Shown piece by piece: positions 13,001 through 26,547 of a DNA stretch of 64,000 bases (its first letter is position 1; every line of letters begins with the position of its first letter). The stretch lies in the NCBI RefSeq assembly GCF_011745625.1, contig NW_027191460.1, positions 558,001 through 622,000 of the forward strand, written 5' to 3'. The translations under genes were made by a program, and so were the position numbers. This DNA comes from Cladosporium halotolerans (lineage: Eukaryota). The notes beneath the pieces are model-generated. The model had not been told where the DNA came from and made no database searches. It saw nothing but the letters and a program-made list of their open reading frames with translations.

Positions 13001-15817
13001 TCCCTGCGTTCACGTCAAGTTCGGCGTGGAGCGTGCCGTGCAAAACCTTCCCCTCGGCGACGATCCAGCGGGCGGCATTTGGAGCCCACTCGCCAGTCAA
13101 GTGCGACAAGATATGCTTGCGCTGCATGCAGACAAGCAGTATTCCGGAGTCGACCACAGAGAAGTCGTCATCGACGACCGGACAAGCACGCCCCTGAACC
13201 AGTTCAGCAACATCCACGATCTCATGCAGTGGCGCGTCTCTCGGCAAGCCGAAGAGCTTTCATACTGCACGATCGACGGCCGCGGCAGGGAAGGCAAAGG
13301 CGTCAATTGGAAGAAGTTCGACCTCAAGGTTGCGGGCGTGGCGATGTACCTGCGCAACAAGGTCCGTGTGCAGCCTGGTGATCACCTTCTGCTGATGTAC
13401 ACACATTCTGAAGATTTTGTTTTCGCCGTGCACGCCTGTATTTGCCTCGGAGCTATTGCCGTCCCCATGGCGCCGCTGGACTCGAACAGGCTGAGCGAGG
13501 ACGCGCCGGCGCTGCTGCATATGATGGCGGATTTCAAGATCAAGGCTATTCTTGTCAATGCGGACGTGGACTCGTTGCTGAAGCAGAAGACGGTCAGCCA
13601 GCACCTCAAGCAGTCTGCTTTGATTTTGAAGCTGCATATCCCGCCTACGTACAACACTACGAAGCCGCCTAAGCAATCGCATGGCTGCAGAGAACTTGGA
13701 CTCACGATTCGGCCAGCTTGGATTCAACCTGGCTATCCCGTCATTATCTGGACGTACTGGTCGCCGGATCAGAGACGAATCGCTGTACAGCTGGGACACG
13801 ACACGATCATGGCTCTGTGTAAGGTTCAGAAAGAGACTTGCCAAATGACCTCGACTCGCCCTGTGCTAGGATGTGTTCGCAGCACGATGGGTCTCGGCTT
13901 CTTGCACACTTGCATGATGGGCATCTTCCTCGCCACACCAACCTACCTTGTCTCCCCAGTCGACTTCGCCGGCAACCCCAACCTCTTCTTTCAAACCCTG
14001 TCCCGCTACAAGATCAAAGACACCTACGCGACCGCACAAATGCTCGACCACGCTATGGCGCACTCGGCCGGCAAGAATGCCTCGTTGCACGAGCTCAAGA
14101 ACCTAATGATCTCCACCGAGCAGCGCCCGCGCATGGACGTCTACGACAAGGTCCGCGTCGCTTTCGGCCAGAGCGGCCTCGACCGCACCGCCATCAACAC
14201 CATCTACAGCCACGTCCTCAATCCCATGGTCGCCAGCCGCAGCTACATGTGCATCGAGCCCATCGAGATCTACCTCGACCCGTCGAGCTTGCGCCGCGGA
14301 CTTGTCGTTGCTGTCGATCCTGACCAAGAACCGTTTGCGCTCAAGCTGCAGGATTCGGGAATGGTGCCGGTCAGCACGCAGATCAGCATTGTCAACCCGG
14401 AGACTAATTCGCTTTGCCTTGTGGGTGAATACGGTGAGATTTGGGTTCAGTCCGAGGCGAATGCGCATTCGTTCTATGGATCGCGGGACGCTTTTGATGC
14501 CGAACGCTTCAATGGACGCACTGTCGACGGCGATCCTGGTGTCAGATATGTTCGCACAGGTGACCTTGGTTTCTTGCATAGCGTTAGCAGGCCGATTGGT
14601 CCTGGGGGCAACATGGTGGAGATGCAGGTGCTGTTCGTGCTTGGTAGCATTGGTGAGACTTTCGAAGTTAACGGGCTACAACACTTCCCGATGGACGTAG
14701 AGTCGAGCGTGGAAAGGTGTCATCGGGCGCTCGTGAGAGGCGGATGGTAAGATTTTCGAAGTCTCTGCGTTACGTGACGATCATGCTAACGAAATACCAC
14801 AGTGCAATCTTCCAAGCCGGGTCTCTTCTCGTGCTCATTGCCGAAGTCCGCACGCGAGCCTTCCTCGCTTCTCTCGTCCCCGTCATCGTTAACTCCGTTC
14901 TGAACGAACACCAGCTCGTCCTCGACATTGTCGCTTTCGTCGCCCTTGGTGACTTCCCTCGCTCCCGTCTCGGCGAGAAGCAGCGTGGTAAGATCCTCGC
15001 ATCCTGGGTGAGCAGAAAGATGCGCACCATTGCCCAGTTCAGCATCCGCGACCCAGACGCCGAAGGCAGTGTGGGCACTGTTGTACCAGAAGAAGGCATG
15101 GCACGACGAGGCAGCGCGCAAAGCGGCCGTACAGGCGCTCGCAGTCTCCGACAGAGCGGCGTCTCCAACCTCGGCGGCGGCAGCTCCCTCCGACACACAG
15201 AAAGCATCGCCCAAATGCCCTTAGTCGAAGAGCCCGTTCCCTCGCAAGACTACTTGGCCGTCGAAACGAACGCAGCCTTCGCCCAGCAGCGCCGCATCAG
15301 CTCCCCCGGCCTCTCAGACTTCGACCGCGCAAACGACGACACCCCGACCAACGAGCGCCCAGACCCTTACTCCCTCAACACCACCCTCGACTACTCCCCC
15401 GTCGAGCCGGGCAACCTCGACTCCGACTCGCCCCAGCGCTACACGATGCACGACACCGAAAGCCTGCACCCGCCGCCCCTCAACTCCAACCGATCATCGT
15501 CCGGCTCTCCCCTCCCTGACATCTCCAGCTTCGACTTCAATCCCGGCTACCAGGCCGCGGGCGCCGCGCCGTCCTCGCCGCAGCCGCACCACGCGCAGCC
15601 CATCGGCGTGGCGCAGGGAGACCGCCAGCTGCTGCCTTCGCAGCAGGGCCGGCAGCCGCAAAAGTATAATTACTATGACGATGACGATGGGGACGGGTCG
15701 CCGGTTGAAGTGCCGCAGGGTTTGAATGGGGGCGGCGGGCTGAGGGTTGCGAATCGGGCGAGCGGCGAGAGTGAGGATTGGGGCGCGGAGGCGTTGAGAC
15801 ATATGAATATTCGATGA
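10035..15817 (+). CDS. CPS1: DIP2/Cps1 family protein (DMAP1-binding domain plus two fatty-acyl-AMP-ligase-like domains)
   Basis: N-terminal LDELDRDLEEGDITRKGYEKRR. Two adenylation-like domains (LAYIEFSRAPTGDLRGV...GEIWV...FLRTGLLG; GEIWVQS...YVRTGDLGFL). Intron 14747-14802 joins the RSRLGEKQRGKIL C-terminal exon. Confidence 0.95.
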
Positions 15818-16150
15818 TGAGGGCGAGGGATGAGGTTTGCATGGCCGATGGGTGACGTCGATTAAGATTTCTTTTGTTTTTGTGCACGAGGTGGATGCAA
15901 TTGTGGATCTTGCCCGTGGTTGTTGATAGAAAGTTAGAGGAGCATTGCAGTGCATTAAGAGCGGACGTGGAGCGCCGTCAAAGCATAAATGAGGGAGCTG
16001 AGAGAGATGCTAGAATTCGAGATATGCTGTACATGAGGACATGATCAATTTGGCAAATGAACTGCATTTTGGAGCAACGACGAGCAAATAAAAGTCAAGT
16101 CTGGAGACAAGTTGAAACGTTAGAGAAACAAAAGTCAAAAACCACAAACA

Positions 16151-17305
16151 TCACAACCTATGCTTCTCCCTAATCAACGTATCCTTCACACCCACCAACT
16201 CTCCCTCCGCAATCCCCAAATCCTTCGCCGTAATCACATGCCCCTTGTGTGCCTTGCCCCAATCGCTCTCCATCGCAAACGACTCCAGCATCATCGCCAG
16301 CTCTCCACCAATCTCCTTGCCCCACAGATCCTCATACTCCGCCCTCGAGATCTGCACGAACGTCGCCCGCTTCCCCGTGGCGTCTTTCCAGGCTTGCAAG
16401 TACTCGCTGAAGGGGCCTTGCTCCGTGTAGACGAAGGCGTACTTGGCGGGCGTGCTGATGTGCGGTTTGGCCAGGATCGCGGAGACGAAGGCGCCGGTGT
16501 TGGTTTCGGTGTCGCCTGCGTAGTAGATGGGGGTTGAGGCGGGGATGGGTTGGAGGTAGACGTGCGAGCCGGTGCTGTTGGGCTGGGTTGGAAGGTGGCG
16601 TTAGTTGGGAAACGAGATGGGAGGGGGTTCTCAGTGAAGGGAAGGGGTGCTCACGAGCTCGGTCGGGATCATCATTGGGAAGGCCCAGAAGTTGCTTGCG
16701 AACATGCCGAGCCAGAGGAAGGTCGTTTTCTTTGCTAAGTCTGGGAGCTCAGCCTTGATCTTGTCGGCGGCTTTGTCTTTGCTCTGAGAGGTGGTTAGCT
16801 TGCCATTCCGGAAAAAGGCTGCAATTTTTTCAAGAAAAGCGTACGTCCATGTGAGGCACGGCATATTTCGGACCTGCTAGCTTTTCGGCTGACGGTAGGG
16901 TGTGCAGGATCAAATGCTCTAGAGTGGGGATGCTGTTGGCGGCAGTCGCTATGTTGACGATCTGCTGAGTTTCTTTCTCCTCTGCTGCCTTGGCTCCGTT
17001 GTCGAACATGTACTCGAAGAAATTGGTGACGCCGAAGATAGCATTCGCACCCTACATGATGTAAGTAAGGACAAATCGAGAGTGTATCAGCTGGCAACGC
17101 TGACCTCGAAAGCAGTCTTCAAGGACGATACATGGTCGTAGTTGGCGGAAGCAAGTTCCGCACCGGCTTCAAGGAGTGCTTTGGCGCCAGCAGACTCCTT
17201 GTTGCGGGTGATGGCACGGACTTTCCATCCGTCTGTGAGCATACGGCGGGCTACGGAGCCACCGAGACCGCCAGTAGCGCCGCAGACGACGATGAGTTTG
17301 GCCAT
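16151..17305 (-). CDS. NmrA-like NAD(P)-binding (atypical SDR) protein, 3 introns
   Basis: MAKLIVVCGATGGLGGSVAR Rossmann motif. Exons GANAIFGVTNFF...VPHMD / SKDKAADK...IPTEL / PNSTGSHVYL...REKHRL* splice in frame at GT..AG sites. Confidence 0.9.
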
Positions 17306-18033
17306 TGTGGTAGATGATGTTTCAACGGGATGCTCAAAGGATTAGACGGTGAAGAGATTATTCAATGACGGACAGAGGCAGATCCAATACACTTATATAT
17401 GCACTCTGGCGTCTAGGAAGACAGACAGCTAGACATGTGATCGCACGTTTTCAGCGCAGCTTTGTAAGCTCGGCATACAAACTACAGAGCTGACAGTCAT
17501 GCTCCAGGCACCCAAGCGATGCGTAACGCCATATCTTGCTTTCGCGGTGAACATGGGATTTCTGGCCAAAAGGTACAGGTACAGGTTAGAGTTGCAGAGC
17601 GCTGACTGAGCAGTGGCCTGATACGTTTGCCCCGCTGTGGCGTAACTCAGGCGTCAATCTCCTCATGATAACGAGCTCGGAGCCAAGATTCGGTCAGGAA
17701 GAGTATGGACAGAGATCGGACAGGTCGTTATTGACTGCGGGCATGAAATTTCATGGGATGGTCTCGAACATGCAGGGACTCGCTGGGCTTCAGTGCTCTG
17801 GGGAGAGGGAAAGTCTCGGCTTCACCCCACTAGTGATTGAAACGATTACGTGCAAAGCTGGCTTGGAGCGGGCATCTGAGCTTGCGCCATTGTGTTTGGG
17901 AACCTTGTGTGGATGGAGCTGAGCCTCGTCAATACGTGGTAATCGTTCGAAACACGTAGTGTTCGTTGGCGGAATAGTATCATCATCATGGACATTCGTC
18001 AATACGCTTCTCATCAATGAACGATTTCGACAA

Positions 18034-20911
18034 TCACTGAAGCCCCTCAACACCAGCTCCAGGACCGGGCCTGCCATCTGGTCCACCCTCAGCAGCCATG
18101 CTGAGTCTGGCGCATAGACCCAAGAAACCAACGGTCTCGGTAGCGGCGAGATAATTCAACGCGTCAAGCAGAATCTTCAGATGCCTCGAGAAGTGCTGCT
18201 CGTATTGTTGAAGGATTGAGAAAAGCTTCTTAAGCTTCTCATCGTCGACTGTCTCGACGTTGCCGGAGGCTTGATCGAGATACCGAGTCAGACTGGCGGT
18301 GTAGTTGGCGAAGAGTGCGCAAGTGCCTGTGACCTTCGAGTTGATCTATAGTACAGTCAGTGATACGGTGACGAAGATCGATTGATGCGAGTCAACTCAC
18401 TCGGAGTAGCTTGCTGTTGGTCAACATGCACTCCTTCAGGCAGGTGGCCAGGAAGTCAACGTGGTCTTGCATCAGCTCGTCAACAGTCCGTTTCGGAGCG
18501 TTGGGAGCAGCCCCCTTGTCGTTGCTGGCTTCTGGATCGTCGTCCGACGTATGAAGGCGGCTCATGAATGCTCGCCAATTGGGTTCTATCACTTCCGATG
18601 TGCAGAAGTAGAGGAGCTGTTGTACAAAGATAAGCATACGCGACCTGTTCACAACATCGGTCAGTAAGGTCTTGACGACGTAGATTATGCCAATCGGATA
18701 CCTTAGACACCAGGCTCTCTTCTTCCAAAGTTCAATCTTTGGGTTGCCTGTTTTCCTTCTCCATACACCAACATCTCGCACAGGCCCGCTACCTCTGCTG
18801 CCGTTCAAATCCCGCTTCGCCGTACCAATACCTCCCGCATCACACCATGAATTTATCAGCTGCCCTTCCAGATGCTTCAAACTAAGAAGGTATCGAAACA
18901 GCAATTGGTACCGTGTCAACGTGACACGGGATATGATCAACGATAATGGGAAAGGCACCCCAAAATCCAGGGTCAGTGCCTCGTGTGCTGAGATCTCTTT
19001 CTCGTCCTTGCCGTGAACGCTTTCCGCAGCATGCGTGTAGCTGTTGTTCATATTTGTAGTATCAGCGTCCATGCCCTGCACGTTGACGACACGCATGAGC
19101 CATCCTACAAGTCCAGTGTCGGCCATGTTTACTTTGACATCTTCTTTGAACGGATCTTCAGAGGCGACTGAGCCCGGTGTATGCAGCACCAGATCTAGCA
19201 AAGACTGCAACTTGCCGACGTTCGCTGACTTGGCGTTCTTCCGAAGCTCCGATTGCGACAGCTCGAGGAAATATGTGAACCAGTCCGAGCGATCGAGGAA
19301 GAAGTAGTGCTTCAAACTGTTGAGTCTCTGCGGTAGCTGATGGGTGGTGAGCAACAGGCGCATGAGAGCTGCGTTTGCGTCGGTGTACGCTTGGTTGACA
19401 TTAGAGATAAAGTTCAGATCGAAAATGTCATGCGGAATGCCAGTGGTGGATGTAAGATCAGTATTGAAGGTCGTAGAGAAGGTCGCGCCAGAGGAACATT
19501 CTCGCACTACGTTCAAGTACTTTCCTGCGAGCAGCACTCTCTCCTTGACGCCTTCCAGCTGAGGAGGTACCAGTTCTGGTCGGAGAGTGTAACGCTTCTC
19601 CCAATACTCATCGGTGTAGTCTTGCTCAAGCAGTTCGCGTTTGATAGACTTGGCTTCTTTGACCATAAACTCTTGATGTGGATCTTTTACGTTTCCGTGA
19701 TGTAGCCATTCGTTCAGCATGCGTACGTAAGGCTTCGAGGCATCTTTGAGCAGCGTGGAAAGTAGATCTTTCGCTTGTGGGTCGCCACTTAGAGCTTGTA
19801 ATCGTTTCGTCAGAAGAGACAGCAGGGCGCCGCCAATGCACGATTTCTTGCCCTTAGAAGATGCTCCAGGCCCTTCTTTGAGAGATGCCAATACGTTTTC
19901 GAACTCGTCTTCATCGTCATCTTCATCTTCATCCTCGATCGGGTCGCCGATCAATGCGTTCTCTGTCAAAACCTCCTGTGCCAGAGTGTAAAGCTGAGAC
20001 ATGACGTGCGCGCTCTTCTTCAGGTACAGTGACATTTGATGCAGGCTGAATCCGCTGTTGTTTAGATATTGATTTTCCAGTTGAGCCACCAAAATTAGGA
20101 AGTCTTTCTGCAACCTCCGGATCGCTGCGCACAAGGCGTGACTGACACTGCCATAGTCGTTTCGGCTCATTACCTCACAGAAAGCCTCCAGAGCCAATGC
20201 GTGTGTTGCAGTACGCAGAACTTGCATTGCCAGATCCCGCAAACTAGGATCCACTCCAGATGCTATCGTGTAATCCGGCCCAGTGAGACGGCTCTTCTCA
20301 TCGAATGGATCGTACGGCTCTTGGCCGCGGTTGGCCTCCGAAGAGAAAGAGATATACTGTCCCTCGAAGCCCAATAGCACAAATAACAAATCATCGATCA
20401 GTGCTCGTTCCTGTTCTTCCAGACCCAACCCCATCATAGACGCGGGATTCAAGCTTGTGGGCGCATGTTTGGCTTGTGGTGGAATCGAAACACGACTGGC
20501 CAAAGGTGCCTGGTTGGGCGCAGGAGCCAGTAGTGTAGCAGTCGGACTCCATGTTTGAGGCAGTGTTTGCGCAGCTGGATCAGGCTGCTTCGACAGGGAC
20601 TTTCTCTTTGCCTCAACATCAGGTCGCGGACTTCGTCTGGGCTCTTCCTGTGACTGGGCGGTCTGCAGTGGGGTTTTCGTGCGTCTGATAGCAGCCTCTT
20701 GCTCTAGAACCCGTCGCCTCGTAGACGTCTCGGTGGTCGTAGTGGCTTTGCGAGTATGCGACGACTGTGATCCAGACCTGCTTATGTCGCCGGATGTGTT
20801 TCGTAGTCGGTCATGTGCAGCGCTGGCTGGGCGGGACTGCTGTTGACGTAGGGCAGCCGAAGCCCGTCGTTCGGCGACTGATGCACCGCGAGATGGCGGG
20901 TTGGAGGCCAT
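18034..20911 (-). CDS. SPC97: Gamma-tubulin complex component GCP2 (Spc97/Alp4)
   Basis: LIDDLLFVLLGFEGQYI, DEYWEKRYTLR, VLLAGKYLNVVREC, HYFFLDRSD, FPLSLIISR, HVDFLATCLKECMLT. Introns 18701-18645 and 18400-18346; stop TGA at 18036-18034. Confidence 0.93.
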
Positions 20912-21303
20912 TGACCCGCGTTGTCATGCCACTTGCCCAAGTATACCAGTAGTCCAAGTCGTCAAGATAATGCCTCGTCCGCTTCACGCATGGTGTTGCT
21001 CAACTTGGGCTTGCGCCAGCTCCAGACGATCGCGGGGAACGCGTGCGCCAAACAAAAGGCAAGCGCGGCGCGTCCGGCGGCAACGGCCGTGGATCTACCC
21101 GCAGAGCCGCCGCCGGAGCTCCCAGTTGACGACACCGCAGCTCTGCCTGGAGACACATGCGCGCCGCTTGAAACACCTCTGGGCTAATATCACCAAACCA
21201 CTGTCTCTCCATTCGACTCCTCCTTCAAAGCTCATAGTCATCGCGCAAGCCACGTGATCGATTTAGCCTATTCAAATCGACCACAGGAAACCCGACCGCC
21301 ATC
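20912..21303. promoter_or_regulatory. Short bidirectional promoter between SPC97 and PUP2, containing a perfect MCB-like ACGCGT (21039-21044) and a CACGTG
   Basis: Head-to-head ATGs 392 bp apart. Motifs are seen directly; their function is inferred. Confidence 0.55.
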
Positions 21304-22376
21304 ATGTTCATCGCACGATCTGAGTATGGTATGTTCATTGTCTCGCATGAGCATTTATCGCGCTGCCCATTTGCAGTCTTTGCGCTACCAGCACACGGCA
21401 TGCACCCCTTTCAAGTACACATTTTGCTGACTCTTCATGTCTTCCAGATCGCGGCATCAAGTACGTACAAACACCCAAACGAACCGCCCTAGCTCTCTAA
21501 CACTTCGCTAGCACCTTCTCGCCCGAAGGCCGTCTCTTCCAGGTCGAATACTCCCTCGAGGCCATCAAGCTTGGCAGTACCGCGATCGGAATCCAGACTA
21601 GCGAGGGTGTTGTTCTTGGTGTGGAGAAGAGAGTGACAAGCACGCTTTTGGAGACGAGCTCCGTGGAGAAGATTGTTGAGATTGACAAACACATCGGCTG
21701 CGCCATCTCTGGTCTGCAGGCTGACAGCAGGACACTGATTGAGCACGCACGGTACGTTGGCAAGAGCAAGGGTATCATGATTCGGCGGCTGACAGGAGCG
21801 CAGTGTTACTTCGCAATCACACGCCTTCAACTACGCCGAGCCTCTGTCTGTTGAGAGCTGCACGCAGAGCATATGTGATCTGGCGCTGAGATTCGGTGAG
21901 GGTGCGGAAGGAGAGGAGAGCATAATGTCCAGGCCTTTCGGTGTCGCTCTTCTCATCGGAGGCTGGGACGAGGACGGTCCTTCGCTGTAAGTGGCTGGAG
22001 ATGCGCGATTAGATTGCAATGTGAGAGGCTGACATTATCGCACAGCTACCACGCAGAGCCGTCCGGCACATTCTACCGCTATGACGCGAAAGCTATCGGC
22101 TCCGGTTCGGAAGGTGCACAGGCTGAGCTCGTAAACGAGTACCACAAGTATGATAGCCTTCTCCGATTCCTTACGCACATTCCGCTAATACTCCTCTGCA
22201 GGAGCTTAACCCTTCAGGAGGCAGAGACACTCACTCTTCGCACCCTCAAGCAGGTCATGGAGGAGAAGCTTGACGCCAAGAACGTGCAACTTTCAAGCAT
22301 CACCAAGGACAAGGGTTTCCGCATCTATTCCGATGAGGAGATGAAGGAGTGCGTTGGCAAGCTTGAGGGCAACTAG
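21304..22376 (+). CDS. PUP2: 20S proteasome subunit alpha type-5
   Basis: Spliced product [39 protein letters not shown]...[10 protein letters not shown]...[13 protein letters not shown]...LKQVMEEKL. Five introns, including 21329-21447 and 21461-21511 around a 13-nt exon. Confidence 0.97.
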
Positions 22377-22908
22377 TTGATCACGAGCCATCGACGTGGA
22401 CCGGGTGTGTAAAATAGCATGGCATGGCGCTGTAGAAGCCAGCATGGCACGATAAAATTATGATGCATCTTATTACCAACATAGCGGTACTCTTTTTCCG
22501 TTCTGCCTGCTATTTTGGTAAACCATATGTCATGCTCGATCAACAAGTATGCACCTATGGCGAAAAAGGGCCAAAGAATGTCATGCTCCCACAGGACCTG
22601 ATTAACCATTCGTTACGATGAATTATTTCCTGCTTGCATGAGAAATGCGTTCCAAGAATCCCGCCTGTGGTGTCACATGCATGCGGCTCTGCAACATCAG
22701 CCTCATCGGGATCAGACGACTCCGTGCCTCGGCTCAGAATGTTTGGCTCCAAGACTCGACAACGCGGACACTGAAGCCCACCGTGTCGACAAGAACACTA
22801 AGGGGCGCGGCTCCCTTGGCTATTCACATTCCATCATGCCCTTCCTGTTCTCGCAATTCCTTCCACATAGTACCTGACTGTAATTCTTAATTTCATCCGC
22901 GCCCCACC

Positions 22909-24098
22909 ATGTCGGCGGTTCAGCGTCTCCCGATGATGGCGGGGACTCTCAGCGTCGGAGCCAGCCTGGCGGCCATCGCTGGAGTTCCCTCTCTACGACA
23001 CCGAGTAGCACATCTGTTGAGCGGAAGGATAACAGGCAAGATGTTGTGGCTACTGGCAGCCGCTTTTGCGCTGCTGAATGTCAAGAATCTGCCATTTGTT
23101 TGGCACGTAAGTCCCCCATTTTTTCCCCGGTAGAAAAACGCATTTACATCAAGGAGAGCAAGGACTGACCATTCTCCCGACAACAGTGGCGTGTATTCAA
23201 AGGCTTGATCTACCAGATCTTCCTGCAGAAACATGAACGGACGCCAAAAGACCTCTTCGCACCCATGATCACTTCCTCGTTCAACACCCCCTACGACTGC
23301 GACTACAACCTGCACAAGTCGAACTCAACTTACTTTGCCGATCTCGACGTCTCGCGGGCCCACTACATGGGCAGTGTCATTCGCACAGGCCTCCAGCGCT
23401 TGAATGCCGGCGACGAGGAGGGCCTCCCGGCCGAGGTGTGCGCGGCTAAGGGTAAATACTACGTTGCGCTTGGCGCGATCGGGTGCTTCTTCCACCGCGA
23501 GATCGCGCCGCTGCAGCGCTTCGAGGTCTACACGCGGATCCTGAGCTGGGACAGGAAGTGGATGTACCTGGTGTCGCATGTGGTCAAGAAGGGCGCGATC
23601 AAGCCGGACTCGTACATTCTGCAGCCTTGGAAGAAAGGCAAGGGCGTAGGCGAGAAGAAAAAGAGCGACGAGGAGGATTTGAAGAAACATGTTTTCGCCA
23701 CGAGTATTGCCCGCTATGTCGTCAAGAAGGGCAGGCTTACGGTCAACCCGGAGATCATCCTTGAGCGCTCGAGGTTGCTGCCGAAGAGGCCTGCGGGTGT
23801 TGGTCTGCCGCCAAGGACGGAGGACTCGGTTGTGCCCACGCCTGCGACTGACGGCACGCCGGCTACGGACGGTGCTGTCAAAGGTCCGGAGCAGATCGCT
23901 GCGGAGGTGAGCTCGAAGCTTGGAAATGGAGAAATGATCAATGGTGAGGTCGATGAGGACGAGGACTGGACGTGGGATCACATGGAGACCGAGAGACTCC
24001 GCGGACTCAAGATGGCGAGTCACTTCGATAAATTGAGCGGCATCCACGACGAGATTAGAGCTGGTGAGGTTCTTGGACAGTATTCCGATTGGTTCTAG
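22909..24098 (+). CDS. Hot-dog-fold thioesterase-like protein (THEM6/4HBT_2 family)
   Basis: N-terminal TM segment ending NVKNLPFVWH, intron 23107-23186, then CDYNLHKSNSTYFADLDVSR and RILSWDRKWMY. Confidence 0.85.
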
Positions 24099-24553
24099 GA
24101 TAAGTGTCGTTGGTTTCGAATGTCATCATGTACACATAGGGATTGATAGACCCTGCTGATATATCACGAGAGCTGCAGGTACACCGCACTAATAACATCC
24201 GATATTTTTCAATATGCACCGTCGAGTCTCCGAGAATATCAATATGAGCCTATTCGTTCATAAAAGTGAATATCTCTTTGCGAAGACCGATCAAAAGTCA
24301 AATTTTACATGCGTCGTGCGCGGCCCCTCTCTGAAGCCCGTATTTCATACGGTGTGGCGTACGACATCCGAAGCACGTACAGAATACGGCGCACGACCAT
24401 AGTCGGATATTCAGGTTTGACAATACCCTGATATAAAGAGCAGGTGATGTATTTGCAAAATCCATCTCCCTCATTCCCTTTCAATCAGTCGCTCGACGAC
24501 GAGCATCAATTCATTGCTTTCTTTGTGCTCGGATTCCGTTCAGTCCATTCGCC

Positions 24554-26440
24554 ATGGTTCCGGCGTTCATCTTTCGCTTGGCTGCGTTTGGCGCTTTTCC
24601 TTTGACGGCTCTTGCCTCGATCGAACGTCCGCAATGCAAGGCCAATCCCCTTGAGTCAACCTGGCCTCGATCAACGCAATGGGCTGCTTTGAACGAATCA
24701 ATCAACGGAGCGCTCATCTCGACTTCGCCGGTTGCGTCTTCCTGCTGGAACGGCAGCAACTACGACTCGCCTTTCTCCTGCCAGACTGTTGAGTCCAACT
24801 GGAGCTCCAGCGTCTTCCACGCGTCTTTGCCCGAGTCCATCGGCGCATGGATCTTTGCGAACAACTCCTGCGTGCCGCCGACTGCTTCTGGCTACACTGA
24901 GGTCCAGGGCTGCCGGCTTGGTGGGCTTCCTTCCTACATCGTAAATGCTACGGACGAGCAACAAATTGCGACGGCTTTGCGATGGGCGTCTGATCGCGAT
25001 GTGAGAGTTGTGGTCAAGGGTACCGGGCACGACCTGAACGGCCGGTGAGGATTTTTCTTTTCAATTCCTTTGGGTTGATCTGTTGAACTGACTTGGGAAT
25101 GCAGTTCGAGCGGTGCATTTGCACTTTCCATCTGGACTCGCCATTTCCGACGACTTGAAAGAAAAACTGCATGGAAAGTGCCCGGACCAGCTAATACAAC
25201 ACAAGACGTCATCATCGCCGGAAGTGGTCACGGTTGGGGAGATGTGCTCGATTTCGCCCTCAGCCAGGGCAGAGTGGTGACAACTGGCCAAGACCCCAGT
25301 GTTGGTCTCGGAGGATACATTCAAGGAGGCGGCCATGGTCCCTTGGCAAGCACGTACGGCCTCGCAGCGCAGCAAGTGCTTCAGATGACCATCGTAACGC
25401 CTACGGGAGAAGTATTGATCGCGGACGACAGTCAAAACACAGACCTATTTTGGGCTATCCGTGGAGGCGGGGGCGGCCAGTACGGCATCGTCACCGAGTA
25501 TGTCATCATGCACTTCACAGCACCTGAATCGGTCAACTTCGGCTCTATCATGTTGGCGCCTCTGAACGAGGCAGGCGAAAATGCATCGTTGGATGCTGCT
25601 GCCGTACTATTCAAAGCCCTGCCGAACCTGATGGACCAAGGTGTTGCAGGAGCCATGTCACTTGCCTCTGGAGAAGCCGCCGGCAAATTCAATCCCTCCG
25701 CACCATCTGAGACCAAGGGTGCAGTCGCCACATTCGCGATCTGGAGCTTCAACATGAGCGAGAGCTGTCTCGACGGTTTGATCAAACCTGTTGCCGATCA
25801 GATGCGCGCCCAAGGAGACAACAGCACGCTGAGTGTTTCTTACTCTGCATCCAACGTGGGCAACTACAGCACATTCTGCAGCAGCATCTCAGGCAGCAAC
25901 ACGGCCGGCGCCGGAGGAATCTCTTCATCTCGCCTTCTTGGTCGCCGTCACCTTGAAATTCCACACGCAACGCTTCGTAGCAATCTCGAAAGGGCTCTCG
26001 TAGCCCAGAACGAGACGGCAGGGACCTACATGACGATTGGTCTTTCAGGAGGCCCCGGCGTAATCAATAAACCCGACTCTCGTTTCGGCGCCATCCTCCC
26101 AGCCTGGAAGTCGGCATACCTCCACCTGCTCGTCGGTGGAGCATCCGCTTCGCCCAACGCGACCGTCTCACCCACTACTGCACTTTCCGAAAATGCCGAG
26201 TGGATTGATGCTCACAAGGAGAAGCTTTGGCGCGAATGGGCTCCGGATTCGGGCTCTTACATGAACGAGGCCAACCCGTACAACACTCACTTCAAGCATG
26301 ATTTCTACGGTGCGAACTACGAGAGGTTGCTGCAGATCAAGCATAAGTACGACCCGAACCAGAGTCTTTTCGTTCTGTCCGGTGTTGGGAGTGATAAGTG
26401 GGAATATAACTTGCAGTCTGGCAAGCTTTGTAGAATCTAG
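24554..26440 (+). CDS. Secreted FAD-linked oxidoreductase, berberine-bridge-enzyme (VAO/BBE) family
   Basis: Signal peptide; VVKGTGHDLNGRSSG across intron 25045-25104; VGLGGYIQGGGHG; DLFWAIRGGGGGQYGIVT; BBE tail GSYMNEA...FYGANYERLLQIKHKYDP. Confidence 0.93.
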
Positions 26441-26547
26441 GACTCTATGAATTTGCGAGGTATATAGCCCAGATCAGATGTGAGGCCTTTCCAAAATCAG
26501 GCCAAAGCATATGTCTCTCTTTCCAATGCGTCATGGCCACGCAAAGC

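Noticed and set aside
10035..15817. CPS1 as an NRPS core for a biosynthetic cluster
   Set aside because: It has adenylation-like domains but no T or C domains and carries the DMAP1-binding N-terminus, so it is the conserved DIP2 orthologue.
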